From positions 31,117,802 to 31,181,801 of the forward strand of contig OZ316892.1 of the NCBI GenBank assembly GCA_973895155.1: 64,000 nt of DNA. Direction: 5' to 3'. The notes under the pieces were generated by a model. It had not been told where the DNA came from and searched no databases. It saw only the letters and a program-made list of their open reading frames with translations. The position numbers were made by a program, and so were the translations under genes. Shown piece after piece: positions 35,373 through 49,807 of this stretch. The first letter of the stretch is position 1, and every line of letters begins with the position of its first letter. The DNA comes from Marsupella aquatica (Eukaryota; Plantae; Marchantiophyta).

Positions 35373-38363
35373 CTTGAGGCACAAGTCAGAAGCCTTTGAC
35401 AAATTCAAAGAGTTCAAACTTGTTGTAGAAACACAAACCGGCAAAAAGGTGAAGGTGTTGCTGTCTGACAATGGAGGAGAGTACAAGTTGACAACCTTTG
35501 ACCTATTTTGCAAGGAACATGGGATTGCAAGGCAATTTATAGCTAGTTGCAGAGACTCCTCAACGAAATGGAGTAGCTGAGAGAAAGAATAGAACACTAG
35601 TACGTGGAGGCAGTTCTATCCTTGTTGAATCATTCAGGTCTGTCTAAATCCTATTGGGGGGAAGCTATTCATACAGCCAACTACCTTCAAAATTAAATCG
35701 AACACCCACAAAAGCACTAGATGCGGACAAGACACCATATGAGCTTTGGTATGGGAGAAAACCAAACTTGGCACATGTTAGGGTTTTTGGATGTAGAGCA
35801 CATCTTAAACATCAACATAAACCATCGAGGGAAGTTTGACAATCATGCAGAAGATTGCATCTTTTTGGGATATCCAGAAGACTCCACATCAAGATCGAGA
35901 TGTCTATAGGGTTTAACAAACAACGGATCCCAAGGTGATTGTGGCAAGAGATGTTCGATTTAAAGAAGACCAGGTTGGTGGAAAAGGACCAGTTACCTCA
36001 GAGTTGGATGATCCAGTGCTATTTTTCACTTCCAATAGCACTAGCACCAACACCATCTCCAGTGGGAGCACCACTGCTAGCACCGGCACCAGGTCTAGTG
36101 GGAGCACCAGCACTAGCACCAGTGCTAGCATCGGCCTTAGCTCAAGTGGGAGCTAATGCACCTCATGTTAGAGAAGAGGCTACTGAAATTTCAAGCACAT
36201 GAAAAAGGATCACAACCAAGTAGTCTGTCCACTACCACGATCCAGGTCTAGGTCTACAGAATCATTTGCAACACCTTTTGATGAATTTGAAGGTTCAATA
36301 GAAGATGATGCCTCTACTCACATTGAAATCTCAGAACCAGAATTTGGAAGGGGAAAGAGGAAGAAGATACCAACGAGGAGATATTGTTTTGACTCTGATT
36401 CAGCCATTGTGGCCTTAGTGACTGAATCTGGTCCAAGAATGGTGGAACCTACTTCTTTGAAGGAGGCACTTACAAGACCAGATGCAGAGCAATGGAGGAA
36501 AGCCATTAATGATGAGTTACACTCATTGAAGAAAAACAACACATGGACCATAGTCAAGCTTCCTCAAAATTGAAAGGCGGTGGGCTGCAAGTGGGTATTC
36601 AAATTGAAGTACAACCTGGATGGAAGTGTTGCAAGATACAAAGCTAGACTTGTAGCCAAAGGCTACCCCCAAGTCTATGGGGTTGATTACTTGGATACTT
36701 TTTCACCAGTAGTGAAAATCACATCTATAAGGCTCATTCTATCCTTGGTGGCCTTTTATGACCTTAAGGCCATCCTTTTAGATGTGAAGACAGCATTTCT
36801 GAATGGTATATTCACGGAACCAATCTACATGGAGTTGCCTGAAGGATTAGAGTGGTTGGAGATAATTCTTGACCCTAAAATGGTACGTCTCCTATTGAGG
36901 GCATTATATGGCCTCAAGCAATCCTCTAGGTTATGGTATAAGAGTTTAAGGTCTCTTTCTTGTTAAGCATAGGCTTTAGAAAGTGCATAGCTTACTCAAA
37001 TGTGTACTATTATGAGTGAGGAGGAAACTTTTTGATATTAGCTCTATATGTTGATGATTCCATACTTGCAAGCAATGACACCAACATATTAGCTGAAGTC
37101 AAAAAGACACTCATGAGAATTGCAAGGCAGTGCATACTCCAGTTGAGTTGGGCTTAAAGCTAAGCAAGGAGGATAGCCCACAAACTCATGATGAAAAGTT
37201 ACAGATGGAGACTGTACCATACCAGAATGCAGTTGGAAGCCTCATGTGGGCTATCATCTACACAAGGCCCGACTTATCCTATGTAGTTGGGTCAATGGCA
37301 CAATTCATGTCCAATCCAGGTCCAAAACATTGGATGGTTGTGAAGCCAATTTTTTGGTACTTGAAGGGCACAACTATTTTAGCGATCCACGGTACAGGCA
37401 GTTCAAGAGAAGGGCACGTTGGGGATGATTTACTCTCGGTCGTGGATTCCAGTCAGCCAACTGCAATTGGTCCACGTAGTGATTGTTTTGTTGATACCCA
37501 ACAAGTGCATAATATGGCGGAGTTTGCTCGAAAAGCCTCCATTGTAATATCCGCTCCAATTAAACAAATGGAATGTAGGGAAGAATACTTACGGGAGTCT
37601 ATTCAATCCCTCACAGCGCGATATACTTCAGATTTAGAAATATCAAGTAAACCCGCTTTAAAGCAACGAGAGCCGGAAATCATGCTGGAATTGAAGAGTG
37701 TTTTGAAGCAACGAGAGTCGGAGATGTTGGAACTGAAGAGTGCTTTAAAGCAACGAGAGTTGCAGATATTGGAATTAAGGAGTATGCCAATACAGGTAAC
37801 AGTATCCATAACTCGGGCAAATTGTACACTTTCATGCACGTCTCCTTGAAATATTGAAAACAATATTACTGTGGTGAATTTGAGTTTCCAGAATACCTGC
37901 TAGTTCATTTAAGAACGAGAACCGTGTTGCTGTCTTTAATTCATCTTTTTGTAACAATTCATCTTTTTGTAACAGCACACATCACATGGATCGGAATGTA
38001 TATCCCCCCGTGACGTTTGAAGGCACCATGTCGCAAAGCACAGATTGTCGTTTTTCCCTGTTATTTGTGTTCTCTGTCTGGTTTTCTCTACGCTACTGTC
38101 GTGTGAGATGCTGCCCTTCGGAGTGTGGGTTGTTTCCGGCGCATTATTTAACTTTTGGGATTAGTTTTCAGTAGTGATGTGATTCACACACCATAAACTC
38201 AACGAAAGCAGTGACCAATTTTATTGGATCACATCACATGGACCGAACCGTGACGTTTTAAGGCACCATGTTGGAAAGTGCGACGCACAACTGTAGCTGA
38301 ATAGTGACAAGAAATCAATTAGTAGGGAGCCCGGATACGGCAACGAACTCAACCTTGTTTAGT

Positions 38364-38381
38364 GTTTAGGGTTTAGGGTTT
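38364..38381 (+). repeat. Interstitial telomeric repeat (TTTAGGG)2
   Basis: GTTTAGGGTTTAGGGTTT. Similar short tracts at ~42497, ~47047 and ~47436. Confidence 0.7.
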
Positions 38382-38853
38382 GTATACATGTATATCTTTT
38401 GCTCGCCAAATCACCCCTAAATTCTACACCCAGACCGGGTGTCACAAACAAGCCCAAGCCGGAATTGAAATAGCCAAACACTCGTAAACTGAAACATTCT
38501 AACTGTAACTGAAACTATTCAGCAAGACACGTACCCGAGCAATGAAACAGTGACAAACTCCTCACAGAAGCACCCTAAACTATAGTACACTACGACACTA
38601 ACAAACTACCAAGTAAAACACTTGAATACCATATACAAAGGAATTGCAGCGTATCCTTTACTGATTGCAAAACTCATCCAAGCAGATGAAAGGTTCCGTA
38701 TTCTCTACATGCAGCTCAGATAAATCTGATGCCCCCTTAAATCCTAAAGCCTCGGGTTGTATGCCACACTGCGAAGGTGTCCCCCAACCCTAAAGCTCCA
38801 AAAATGCTACCTCCATTACCATGAAAATGTAGTTGGTGACAAACACATTACCC

Positions 38854-39250
38854 CTAACTTAACCCTGAAGTACCCTCCCCGTCTTGAAACGCATCAGAGA
38901 TAGTCTGCGCCACGAGCAGGCATGTTCTCACCATTTCGCCCTCACACTTGAAGTCTGCTGTAGGATTTTCACGCAACATTTTTAGACCCTCCTCCATGTC
39001 GCCATCGAATTGTCGTTGTAGATGAGAGCGAACTGTTTCGAGTAAGTTCTCCGCCTGATCCACTAAGCTATTCATGTATCGCGTAGCAGTTACCACACCA
39101 AATGCTGATGTAATGTCGCGCTTTCTCTTCAGAACGTCCAGTTGCTTGCCAAGTGAGTTAATGGTGGATCTCCCCTTTGCCAACTCCTCTGCCTTGGCTT
39201 TGCTTTGTACGTCCACCTTCCAAAAGTCCTGTTTGAGAAGGGATTGAACT
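38854..39250 (-). pseudogene. Gene fragment (coiled-coil-like) cut off by the subtelomeric repeat
   Basis: The 138-aa ORF has its 5' end running into the repeat that starts at 39251. Confidence 0.35.
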
Positions 39251-40890
39251 TGTATATATCTTCTCTGCACAGCGCGTGCAATGAGGCCGGTCTTCAGGCC
39301 ATTTCAGGGTATTTAGGGAGCGCGGTGCATGGTCTCCTACATGCAGTGCACGGTCTCAACGTTTCAACATTTGGACTCCCACAACATTATTATCAAAACC
39401 TTTAAACTCCGCTAGTATTGATTAGGGTGACTTACGGGTGGTTGCCGTAGGCTCCCATAACATTATTTTTTAAGTGTTCATACACCACTAGCATTCATTG
39501 TGACTCACTTGTAGTCCCGCACTCCCATAACATTTCCAATAAAAGTCTTTTGCAGCTATAACATTCATGTTGAAACCATTGGACTCCGTTAGCATCAAAA
39601 GTGTCACCATTCAATTAGGTTCGTGAGAAATACAAAGGAAACAAAGCTTGGTCAATGCTTCTAGAATTCCTGTACCAGCCTTCAATCTGGTTCTTTAATG
39701 TGCTCGTCACCTTCAAATTCCCTTCTGCATTATTGTTGGGTCGGTATTTTGGTCGGGAAGCATTGGCCTTCGAGAATTCCTGTTGCTGGCCTTCAATCTG
39801 GTCCTTGACTGTGCTCGCCACCTCCAAATTCCCTTCAATCTGCATCTTGAATCTTGCGTTGCTTGGATGGCGTACTGACGTCGTCAATAATTGCAGCAAG
39901 TGATGGATTAGAGTCGTTGTCGGATGCAGTCTTTGAGCGAAGGCGTTTCCGAATGGTTACGGTTTTTATGCTTACTGGTGGCAGTGCATCGTGAATCTTG
40001 TGTCGCTTGGATGGCGTACTAACGTTGTCAATAATTGCAGCAAGTGATGGATTCGAGTCGTTGTTGGATGCAGTCTTCGAGCGAAGGCGTTTCCGAATGG
40101 TTGCGTTTTTTATGCTTACTGGTGGCAGTGGCGTGGCGTGGTTTCAGGCCTGTATATATCTTCTCTGCACAGCGCGTGCAATGAGGCCGGTCTTCAGGCC
40201 ATTTCAGGGTATTTAGGGACCGCGGTGCATGGTCTCCTACATGCAGTGCACGGTCTCAACATTTCATTATTTGGACTCCCACAACATTATTATCAAAACC
40301 TTTAAACTCCACTAGTATTGATTAGGGTGACTTACGGGTGGTTGCCGTAGGCTCCCATAACATTATTTTTTAAGTGTTCATACACCACTAGCATTCATTG
40401 TGACTCACTTGTAGTCCCGCACTCCCATAACATTTCCAATAAATGTCTTTTGCAGCTATAACATTCATGTTGAAACCATTGGACTCCGTTAGCATCAAAA
40501 GTGTCACCATTCAATTTGGGTTCGTGAGAAATACAAAGGAAACAAAGCTTGGTCAATGCTTCTAGAATTCTTGTACCAGCCTTCAATCTGGTTCCTTAAT
40601 GTGCTCGTCACCTTCAAATTCCCTTCTGCATTATTGTTGGGTCGGTATTTTGGTCGGGAAGCATTGGCCTTCGAGAATTCCTGTCGCTGGCCTTCAATCT
40701 GGTCCTGACTGTGCTCGCCACCTCCAAATTCCCTTCAATCTGCATCTTGAATCTTGCGTTGCTTGGATGGCGTACTGACATCGTCAATAATTGCAGCAAG
40801 TGATGGATTAGAGTCATTCACTGTCGGATGCAGTCTTCGAGCGAAGGCATTTCCGAATGGTTGCATTTTTTATGCTTACTGGTGGCAGTG
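39251..40890 (+). repeat. Tandem duplication with a 900-bp period; head matches the telomere-proximal repeat
   Basis: Units start at 39251 and 40151 with TGTATATATCTTCTCTGCACAGCGCGTGCAATGAGGCCGGTCTTCAGGCC. The same head recurs at 61931-62545. Confidence 0.92.
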
Positions 40891-41284
40891 GCGTGGCATG
40901 GTTTCAGGCTGAGTGTGCAGTGATGGAGCTTCTCTTCTGTACAACATCCATGGTTGCGGTATCCATGCCTTGCTACTCACCTCCATCTGTGTTGCAACTC
41001 CATTCAGACACTCCTAGGACCCAAATCGCCTTCACTGTCCAACCCACCATACAACACTCTTATGTAAAGGCTGTGTCTCACATGCGATACATGGTATGTC
41101 TCCAAGTTTCAGCATATGGACTCCCACAACATTTCCGGTTAAAGTGGAGGCTCCCATAACATTTCCGGTTAAACCGTAGACTCCCATAGCTTTCATGTTG
41201 AAACCTTTAAACTCCGTTAGCATCAAATGTGTCACCATTCAATTTTGGACGTGGGAAATGAGATACAAAATTTTGGACGTGGGA

Positions 41285-41545
41285 AATGCCCATGTGCTCA
41301 GATGGGTATGTATGTTTCAAATTACAGTATTTTGAAGGTTGGGGGTTACGAGGGATGGGGTATTCCAAAACGCACAGCCACCATGTGTTGGGGTAATGCA
41401 AGTGCCAATGTGCTCCGAAGGGTATGTATGTATCAAATTACAGTATTTTGAAGGTTGGGGGTATGAGGGATGGGGTATTCTAAAATGCACAGCCACCATG
41501 GGCTGGGGTAATGCAAATTAATGCCCATGTGCTCTGAAGGGTATT
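41285..41545 (+). repeat. ~117-bp tandem repeat (2+ copies; partial copy at ~41878-41950)
   Basis: Recurring CAAATTACAGTATTTTGAAGGTTGGGG...GCACAGCCAC. Confidence 0.85.
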
Positions 41546-42619
41546 AATAGGATAATGTCCTGGTTAGAGGGCATTGTGGGATATAATGCCCGTAACTAGG
41601 ACATTTAATGTACGTAAAAACTTGAGTGACTTTTTGGTAACAAACAAGAAAAAGTGAATCCCTGAAATAGAAAATTCAAATTAAAGGGTCATCCAAGAAG
41701 TGGTTGCTATGGAATTGGCCAAAAATATACCTTCTTTAGTTATATTAGATTCTATTCATAGATATTGTGTTAGTATCAGGTAGGTGTTTTGTATAATCCC
41801 CTCCTCAAAAAAAGGGGTGCATTATGGAGAATTAATGCACTCAAATATACAAAGAGAAAAGCCACGAAAGTCTTTACGTATCAAAATTACAGTATTGAAG
41901 GTGAAGGGGGGTACGTGGGATGGGGGTATTCTATAACGCACAGCCACAGTTGAAGCCACTTTGATAAGTGATTACTCAGTTGAACAATAGGAGAGCAATG
42001 CTGCTCTAAGTGGAATGTCTTATTTTGTTTACGAGTGGAATGTCTTGTTTTGTGGACTACCGTAAACAGACATGTTCATTAATGAAGAAATGCGGTGCTG
42101 GTCAGACTGTCCTCACTGTTGTTTTTATAAAGTGGGATGAGAAGCTATTGACAAACCACATCATCACTGACCACACACACTCTTACTGTATAATAATCAG
42201 AAGTACTCACTGTACTGTCCAGTAGTCTGCGTTTTTGGATTAGTTGTGATGATTTCTGTTCAGTCTGCTACTATAAGGAGGTTGAATGGGCAACCTTCCA
42301 GTATGGGTGAAGGTTTTTTCGGGAACAAACAGGCACAGCAGGGTAGTATGGTTGAATTGCCTAATCTATCTTGTTGTGGGCATTGTATTGCACCTCGCGC
42401 TAACCCTTGGTACACTCTTAATCTTAAAAGGTGTTCATCTGTAAAGGCCAAGTATTCTGATAAACCCACACAACACTATTGAAAGAAAAGGAACAAGGTT
42501 TAGGGTTTAGAGTATTCTGAGAAAACCACACACTGTTGACACTGTTTACATGATAAATGGCCATTGTCAGTAAGAGATACAAAAGTTGAGGTCATGTAAT
42601 GCGGTATTATGGTTCATAT

Positions 42620-43030
42620 TATTTAGGAAATTGGGCCATATACGTGGATATCATGCACAAGCTAGGGTAATCTAATAATCGAGTAATGTACAACTAAGGT
42701 TAATGTTAGGAATACATCCGAACCTCGGGGTAATCCAATCACAAAGCAATGTACTAGACAAGTTAATCTTAGGATATTGTGCCATACACACGGATACGAA
42801 AGTTGGGGTAATCTTATCCATCAATAAATATACATTAATTAATGTTTAGGATTTGTGCCATACACATGAATACAAAAGCCGGGGTAATCTTATAATCAAT
42901 AAAGTACTAGTAAGGTTAATGTTTGGAAATTGGCCACACCCATGGATACAAAGATGGGGTAATCCTACACATAGATACGAAGCAAATGCCGGGGTAATCT
43001 AATAATCATAATTAAAGTACAAATGAATGT
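42620..43030 (+). repeat. Degenerate ~70-80-bp tandem repeat
   Basis: Recurring GGGGTAATC and GCCATACAC...GGATAC. Confidence 0.7.
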
Positions 43031-44199
43031 ATTAAGGAATGTACTAAGCTGGGCTGTAAAAATGTGGGGTTTTACATACATGGACACAAGACTATAAACG
43101 TGACGAAATGATGTAATCATGCAGGTCAGGTAAAGTAGGAAGATTGTTTGTTACACCAACAGTCTTCGGCCACAAATGAGTTTTCGGCCACAAATGAGGT
43201 GTTGTACAACACATTTGTTATGTCATACAGCCATCCATTTGAGTAGTGTTTTTTTATCTAGATGTAAGTGTCCAGTGTGAGGGAAAATTGGCAGGTCATG
43301 TGGGACTGGGGAAAATAAATTTTGATTTGTGTGAAGTGCGGCTCACACGTCGCTTCTAGGTTCTGAAAATCTAGGGTTGATGGTAAAAATGAAAATGTAT
43401 AATCTGAGTATGAAATAGATACGGAGGTGTCGAGGAGTAAAACTAGACCAGACCAGAATGGGGCAGGGGGAGTTTAGGGTCCATTTATATTGAATGTAAT
43501 GAGAGAATTGTTTACTAGAATAAATGGTACCCCATATTTAAATAACGTGTCTATTGATCGATACCCAGGAAAGAAAATACCGTCCTATCTTCTTTGCACT
43601 TCAACCGATGCACAATGCTTGCCTTTCTAGAGAACAAGGTAGCCAAAACAAATTCACCGAAGAGAATAGATAGTTCAAAACTCCTGACTCTAATTTACAA
43701 ATACTACAAAAAAACATTTGACTCTTACCTGAAGTTTTCCTATCGTCTAAAATCTTAAAGTTTCCCTTTCCTGAAGCTCAAATTGTTTTTCCTTCCCTGC
43801 CCTTCCTCAAGTTTTTTTCCCTAGCGCCTGAAGCTGGAGTTTTTTTTTCCTTCCCCCCTGACGGTGAAGTTTTTTTTTCTTCCTGGAAAAAGCTGAATTT
43901 TTTTTTGCTTGCTTTGGTTTTTGCTGTTTTTCTTCTCCCCCACTTTCACATTATGTAGGTTTGTACATCATGTGCGAAAAAAACTAGGATACAATGTATG
44001 GATTTGATGAAAAAAATCACCTCTGGTTTAGGGAACCCATATAGAGCAGGTAAATTCAGGCATGTACTTTGGCTGGTATTTGTCCCTGCAATACCCAAAA
44101 TGCTGGTCCGGTGAGGTTTAGGGTCTTTTCAGTACGTTTGGAGTCCTTCTACCGGCGCAGGGCGCCTTCATGGGGTCCCTGCCCGCTTTGTTGCTTGCT

Positions 44200-44695
44200 A
44201 TGACTAATAAAAGTACCCTCATTAATAAGAGTACCCTCATGGACAAGGCCCAACACAAGGATACCCTTAGGAGATAAGAGTACCCTCACTGATAAGGGTA
44301 CCCTCATTATCAAAGTACCATTGTTGATAAGTGTACCCTCATTGATACTTAAGAGTACCCTCATACGCAAGGGTACCCTCAGGAGATAAGAGTACCCTCA
44401 TTGATAAGGGTACCCTCACTGATCAAAGTACCATTGTTGATAAGCGTACCCATTGATAAGAGTACCCTCGCTGATAAGAGTCCCTCGCTGATAAGAGTAC
44501 CCTCGTTGATAAGAGTACCCTCAAGCACAAGGGTACCCTCAGGAGATAAGAGTACCCTCATTGATAAGGGTACCCTCATTGATCTAATTAAGTACCATCG
44601 TTGATAAATGTACCACATTGATAAGAGTACCCTCACTGATAAGAGTACCCTCATGCACAAGGGTACCCTCAGGAGATAAAAGTACCCTCATTCAC
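44200..44695 (+). repeat. 18-bp minisatellite (GATAAGAGTACCCTCA(C/T)T)
   Basis: More than 20 degenerate adjacent copies. Confidence 0.93.
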
Positions 44696-46640
44696 ATGGG
44701 GAGCAATGAAAATAGGGATAATTGTAACCACGTCCAAAAGGTGAGATCTGTGATCATAGCCATTCAAAAATACTGTCCTTCAAAACCTTGAGGACTTTAG
44801 TTTAAGAACTTTTCTAACAAACAGTTCAAGAATGTTTTTATAACAAAGAATCCAATAAAGTGTAAACTTTAATTTTATGGTGTTCAATTTTTTTAGATTT
44901 TCCCACACTATAGCAAACAAATCCACTGAATTTGTTTATTCTAATTCCAATTCAGTAAATATTACAATTCCGGTCAAATAGTACACGAACCATTTCAGAT
45001 CTGAGTACCGAAATGCCGTAAGTTGTAATTTTTATCATTAGATTTATGAATAATTCAACATGTAGGTGGGGAGAAAGGGGGAATTTTGATGTTGAGGTAC
45101 TCACCTTCATAAATCTACTATTGATTTGTCCCAAGGAGTGTACAGTTCTTTCCTTGGTCTCGCCTCAATATTTGTACAATGTTGGCATGAATGACACTGC
45201 ACAGAACACTAAAAGGATTTAGTGTCTTGAGGATGACCAAAAACAATGACAAGAAACCTGAAACTGAAACTCATTTGTCCAAGTGCATGTAGAGCTTCAT
45301 ATCATTGGCAACAATAGTGCTTGAAGCCAACTTACTTTTGAATGACGTGTAAGGCAATATCTTGTGAAAGAGGGCCGATAGCTTCCCAACTACTAAAGGA
45401 AGTAGATTTTGCACTCACAAAGTCATCCCAACAACCAGATCCCCTTGTGCAATCTGAGAAACGTGGAGTATTCAATAAAAAGTTCAAAGCAAAATGTAAT
45501 AAAACCATCATAAACTCAATATAATGAAATGTAACCATGTCCTTTGTGATAAATTCTGCAAACCCTTCTGCTTTTTAAATATCTACTAATTAAAAGGAAA
45601 AGGATAATACACCAGAATTTACTTCAAAACTCACTGTCAATCATGTTCTCCGAACAATAAGAATGATAGGGAGGGAAAATGTCAACCTGGGCATACGCCC
45701 AAGTCAGGGTGTGAAGCTTAATTTTCAGGATCCTGGAATTGTGGCCGGAGAGAGGCAGCTTGCAGCAACAAGTGCTTCAGGCTTCTTCCTCATCAGCATA
45801 GCCAACACCACTAGGAGACCAACCTAGAGCAAGTACAGGTCGAGCTCCCTCCTTGTTTGTGTAGTTCAATGTTCTGACCATGTTCAATGTGCTGCATTCC
45901 CTTGGGTTTGGATGATCTTCCCTTGGCAGAAATGAGTCACATTCCAGAGTTACTCCATGCATAATGATTATTCACCTGCCCCTGGGGTTGGATGATCTTT
46001 GTGTGGGATAAATGCCCGGTTTGAGTTAACGGGCAAGTTTACGTGTTGCCCTACGGGGTGTGGTTGGGACCGGGTGGGGTTGGGATAGGGTTGGGATGAG
46101 GTTGGGACGGTGTCAGGATAGGGGCGGGATGACCAGGTGTGACGGATGACAAATCAAGGCCAAACCAGGCATAAATGAATCACACTTCAGAGTTACTCAA
46201 GGCAAAATGATTATTCTTCTGCCGCCAATCTGAATTGACTACTTGTAGCCTGGTGGAATCAGTGGATACTCATTACTTGGCGAGAGGTTGCACCATAAAG
46301 ATTGTTATGGTTAGGAATCAAATAATAGTTGAGTGTTCATTAAGTGTTTATAATACCTTGAAAGGGTTTAACAGTTTAATGATTAGATGCATGGGACCCG
46401 GATGGGATCCCATATGAGCTTACACTTTGAATCGTTCAACAATCTGAACCATAAAATGTACAAGGGTAAATTTATAAGAAGGTAATGGCATTGTGACTTT
46501 TTTCATCAAAGCAAGCTGGAGTGCCAGTTCCTTGTTATTAGGATATATCTAGATCCAGACTAGCTCCAGAGTACCAAAATCTCTGCACTTTTGGGGCACT
46601 CTGTTGTGCTATGCATTTGAGGGAGTATTCATATCTATAA

Positions 46641-46670
46641 CTAGACCAATGCCCGTGCGTTGAACAAAAG
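46641..46670 (-). mobile_element. Helitron-like 3' terminus
   Basis: Minus strand reads TGTTCAACGCACGGGCATTGGTCTAG|T, like the end at 20542. Confidence 0.5.
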
Positions 46671-47754
46671 ATGTTGACATGAGAAAACATACCAAGGAGA
46701 GAGAAAGAGTAAAAGTGAGGAAAAGATATCAAAGTGAGAAAACTAAGTGAATAGTTTAGCTACTCATTTGCTAAACTAACAACAATAAGTTCAGCAGTTA
46801 ATTGGCAAGGGAGTCCACCCTACAATTTAGCTGGTTGCAGTCAAACTGGAGTTTGGACTTTGAATGCCATAAACTTACATTCCACCATGGGTGAGTGCAA
46901 TGTGTGTATTTAGGCAAAGCTCAGATAATTGAAGGGAATGGGCTTACTCCCCTCTTTTATAGGGGGAGTGACACTTATTTCACTGACAGTTTACATAAGA
47001 CTGCAAGATGGGCATCACTAGAAGAAATTAATAAGAAATCATTAGTAAACCCTAAACCCTAAACTTTCTACAGTAGTTGATTCTAAGTGTGTTAATTTAT
47101 ATATATAGTGCACGTTGCACATATTGGTGAGAGGCAGCCAGGGGTGAAGTCTCAATGTGTGATCACATGTAGGGTCTGTTGAGGGGAATCTAACATTTAG
47201 GATACTTAGACCAGTACTGTCAAAGAACTCACACTCCCCTGCTGTAAATTAAGCCGACATTGCTCCAAAGCAGAGACAAACTTTCTAAGTTCATTGATCT
47301 ACAAAACTCTCCCCACATTGAGACCTTACTAAAATAGAAAACGAGGAAGAAGTACATTTAAGAAAACTAAGGACCAATTTCCTGAAAAAGGCCAAACAAA
47401 GTACAATGGAGTAAAGCAAATTATAGAGATAAACTAAACCCTAAACCCTAAACTTTACCCTCAGCTTAAGTGATTTAGAAAGGAAATGCAAACACAGCAA
47501 AGGTTAATTAAATCAATTATTTTGAGCTCAATTTATTAATTGTTATCAGTAACAAAATGATGAAAAATAACTGCAAGAAAGAAGCAACAATGGGTACTAG
47601 ATAGAGGACAAGGTTCACATGTGGTCCCAATAGGTTTTTGCCCACAGGCAGGTCCCATTTGTTTAATATGTTCCGTTAGCTTACATACATCTAATGAGGG
47701 TCCAAATGGAAATGAATCACTCTACCAAAGAACAAAATGAGCCAAATCTGTGGA

Positions 47755-48085
47755 TGAGACCCAATAAAGGGGAGAAGGGACAGGATCCCAATTACATGAC
47801 CCCCCAAAACGGGGAGAAGCTGATACAGGATCTCAACTAAATGAGACACACAAGAGGGGAGAAGAGACAGAGGATCTCAACTAAATGAGACACACAAAAG
47901 GGGAGAAAACCAGAGAAATACCATTTGAAGACCAAAGACTGAGCCAACATTCCTGAGTTCCGAATAACTACAAAGATTCAGAAATTATGCTAACCTAGGT
48001 ATTATCACTATCGAAAATTCCTGATCAAGCCGCCAATAACTACAAAGAACTTAGAACATGCTAACCTAGGTATTATCACTATCTA
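47755..48085 (+). repeat. Short tandem repeats (~42-bp x3-4 and ~70-bp x2)
   Basis: Recurring GGGGAGAAG...AGGATCTCAACTAAATGAGACAC and ATGCTAACCTAGGTATTATCACTATC. Confidence 0.75.
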
Positions 48086-49807
48086 AAGTAGAGACTAGAT
48101 TTTCTGCGAGCAACAAGACCATTCATATCTTCTAGAGACTAAAGTGACCAAACACTGTCTAAATGCTCAAGCAACAGCATGTAACATCCGTATCTTGTAG
48201 CTGTCCAACTATGTACTAGTAGTGCCCACTGCAAGGTCTCTAGCTCTGGATGAATGCCTGGATTGAATGACAATCACTACCATGAAAGGTTTTGATATAT
48301 AGCAGGCCAGTGACTCTGTTAATCGATCAAGCTCTTTGGCCAGGCATGTCAAGAAGTTGGAAGGACGGGCTCATTCCCACAGATCAAGATTCTATTCCTC
48401 TTTCAATTGTTGGGTTGTCGACAATCTTTAGAACTGCATTGAGTTGTCGTAGAGACCCTCATCCGTTCGCCCCAGTGAAGGGAAGGGATCAACGAGAACC
48501 GCACTCAACGCCCTCTTCTCCAATTGAAAGAAGGATCTCCTTCTATGGATGTCCCCCCAGGAGATCCCGAGGTGCACACTCAAGGGGCTATGATGTCTGG
48601 CCTTCTCTTACAATTGTTATACCAAATTCCTGGAGGTACTGCTCGGCAGGTCGTTGCACAGTGGAAATGGTTGCCAATGGAAACGAAGACTTGCGTAGAT
48701 GCTAAGAGTTATGTAGATGCTAAGAGTTGGGTACATGCTAAGAGATGTGTAGATGCTCTTGTTAAGATTAACAAGGAGATCACGGTATTGTGGGAAGTAA
48801 AGGCAATAGCCCCGCAGTTACAGACGAACTTGGACACGTAATTGATTTTGTAGTTAAACTTTGTTGAAAGTCTTTATAACAGAGCAATCACAAGTTCCAC
48901 GCATGCGCGATTGTGAGGAACCAAGTCCAAGTTGCCGCGCGCGCGAAATGACAAAATTTTACGGGGAGCACAATGTGCACACAACGTAAACTCAAGACTC
49001 TATGAGTGCTTGGAGCAAGGTGGACAGGCTATGGGACGTGATCCAGATTTTTGACCACCCTCTGCTGGGGAAGCTGCAGTGGCATTCGTTCTCTTGGAGA
49101 AGCTATAGCGGCGACCCTTTGGAGAAATCAGCTGGCAGTCTCGAACAGTCTACAAGGCCCAATGTTAAGCTTTGATGGCGGCGAGGCAGTCTAATCACAA
49201 AACCTAAAAAGTTGTAGCAGGAAGTGGAGAAAAAAACAGGCGCAATGTGTACTACTTAAAAAAGTTCCAAAAGTGGCGTTTTGGGTAGAATAGGGCGCTG
49301 CCCTCAGCCTTTTGGTCCCGATCCCCTAACAACTTTGTGGCGGGCTTCGGCTAACAGGTTCATTATTGGTGTGGGAGTTCTACTCGACCAGCCACCAGAG
49401 GCCTTAGTGGACATAAACGCAGTAGCTAGTACAGTAGTTCACTTGACGTGACCAGTGAGGTGCAACAACCACTCGGTTGATTGAAGCATCAAAAGAATTG
49501 GCTGAAACGGCCACAATCTCATACAACATACATGGCAAGGTCTCTATGCCAATTTCCCAGCCTTATCTAGGGACAGATTGAAGGCAGCTTCCGACCACGA
49601 AAGTCACAAAACTGCCTATGAGCCATCCGTACCTCTAAAGATCCGCCATATATAGACCCTCTTCACAGCTTTATACAATCTTCCGACTACCGCAGCCACA
49701 ATAGTGTGCTAGAATTCACTGTGAAGTACTGGATTGGCTCCACTCTAATTCGTGCCTTACTCGAGACATGAGAAACGGAAAAATTGACGCGTCTAGTTTT
49801 GTCTCAC

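Larger units (their letters stand above)
33760..37385 (+). mobile_element. Degenerate Ty1/copia internal region (gag-PR-INT-RT), 3'-truncated, own LTRs not seen
   Basis: CHFCKRKGHFIRDC knuckle, WYVDTAATQHM protease, WHKRLGH, LVHSDICG and SDNGGEY integrase, GCKWVFKLK...[27 protein letters not shown] and YVDD RT, PYQNAVGSLMW. Many stops and frameshifts. Confidence 0.95.

Noticed and set aside
44149-44695. ORFs over the 18-bp repeat
   Set aside because: They are translations of a minisatellite; the same applies to ORFs 20542-21025.
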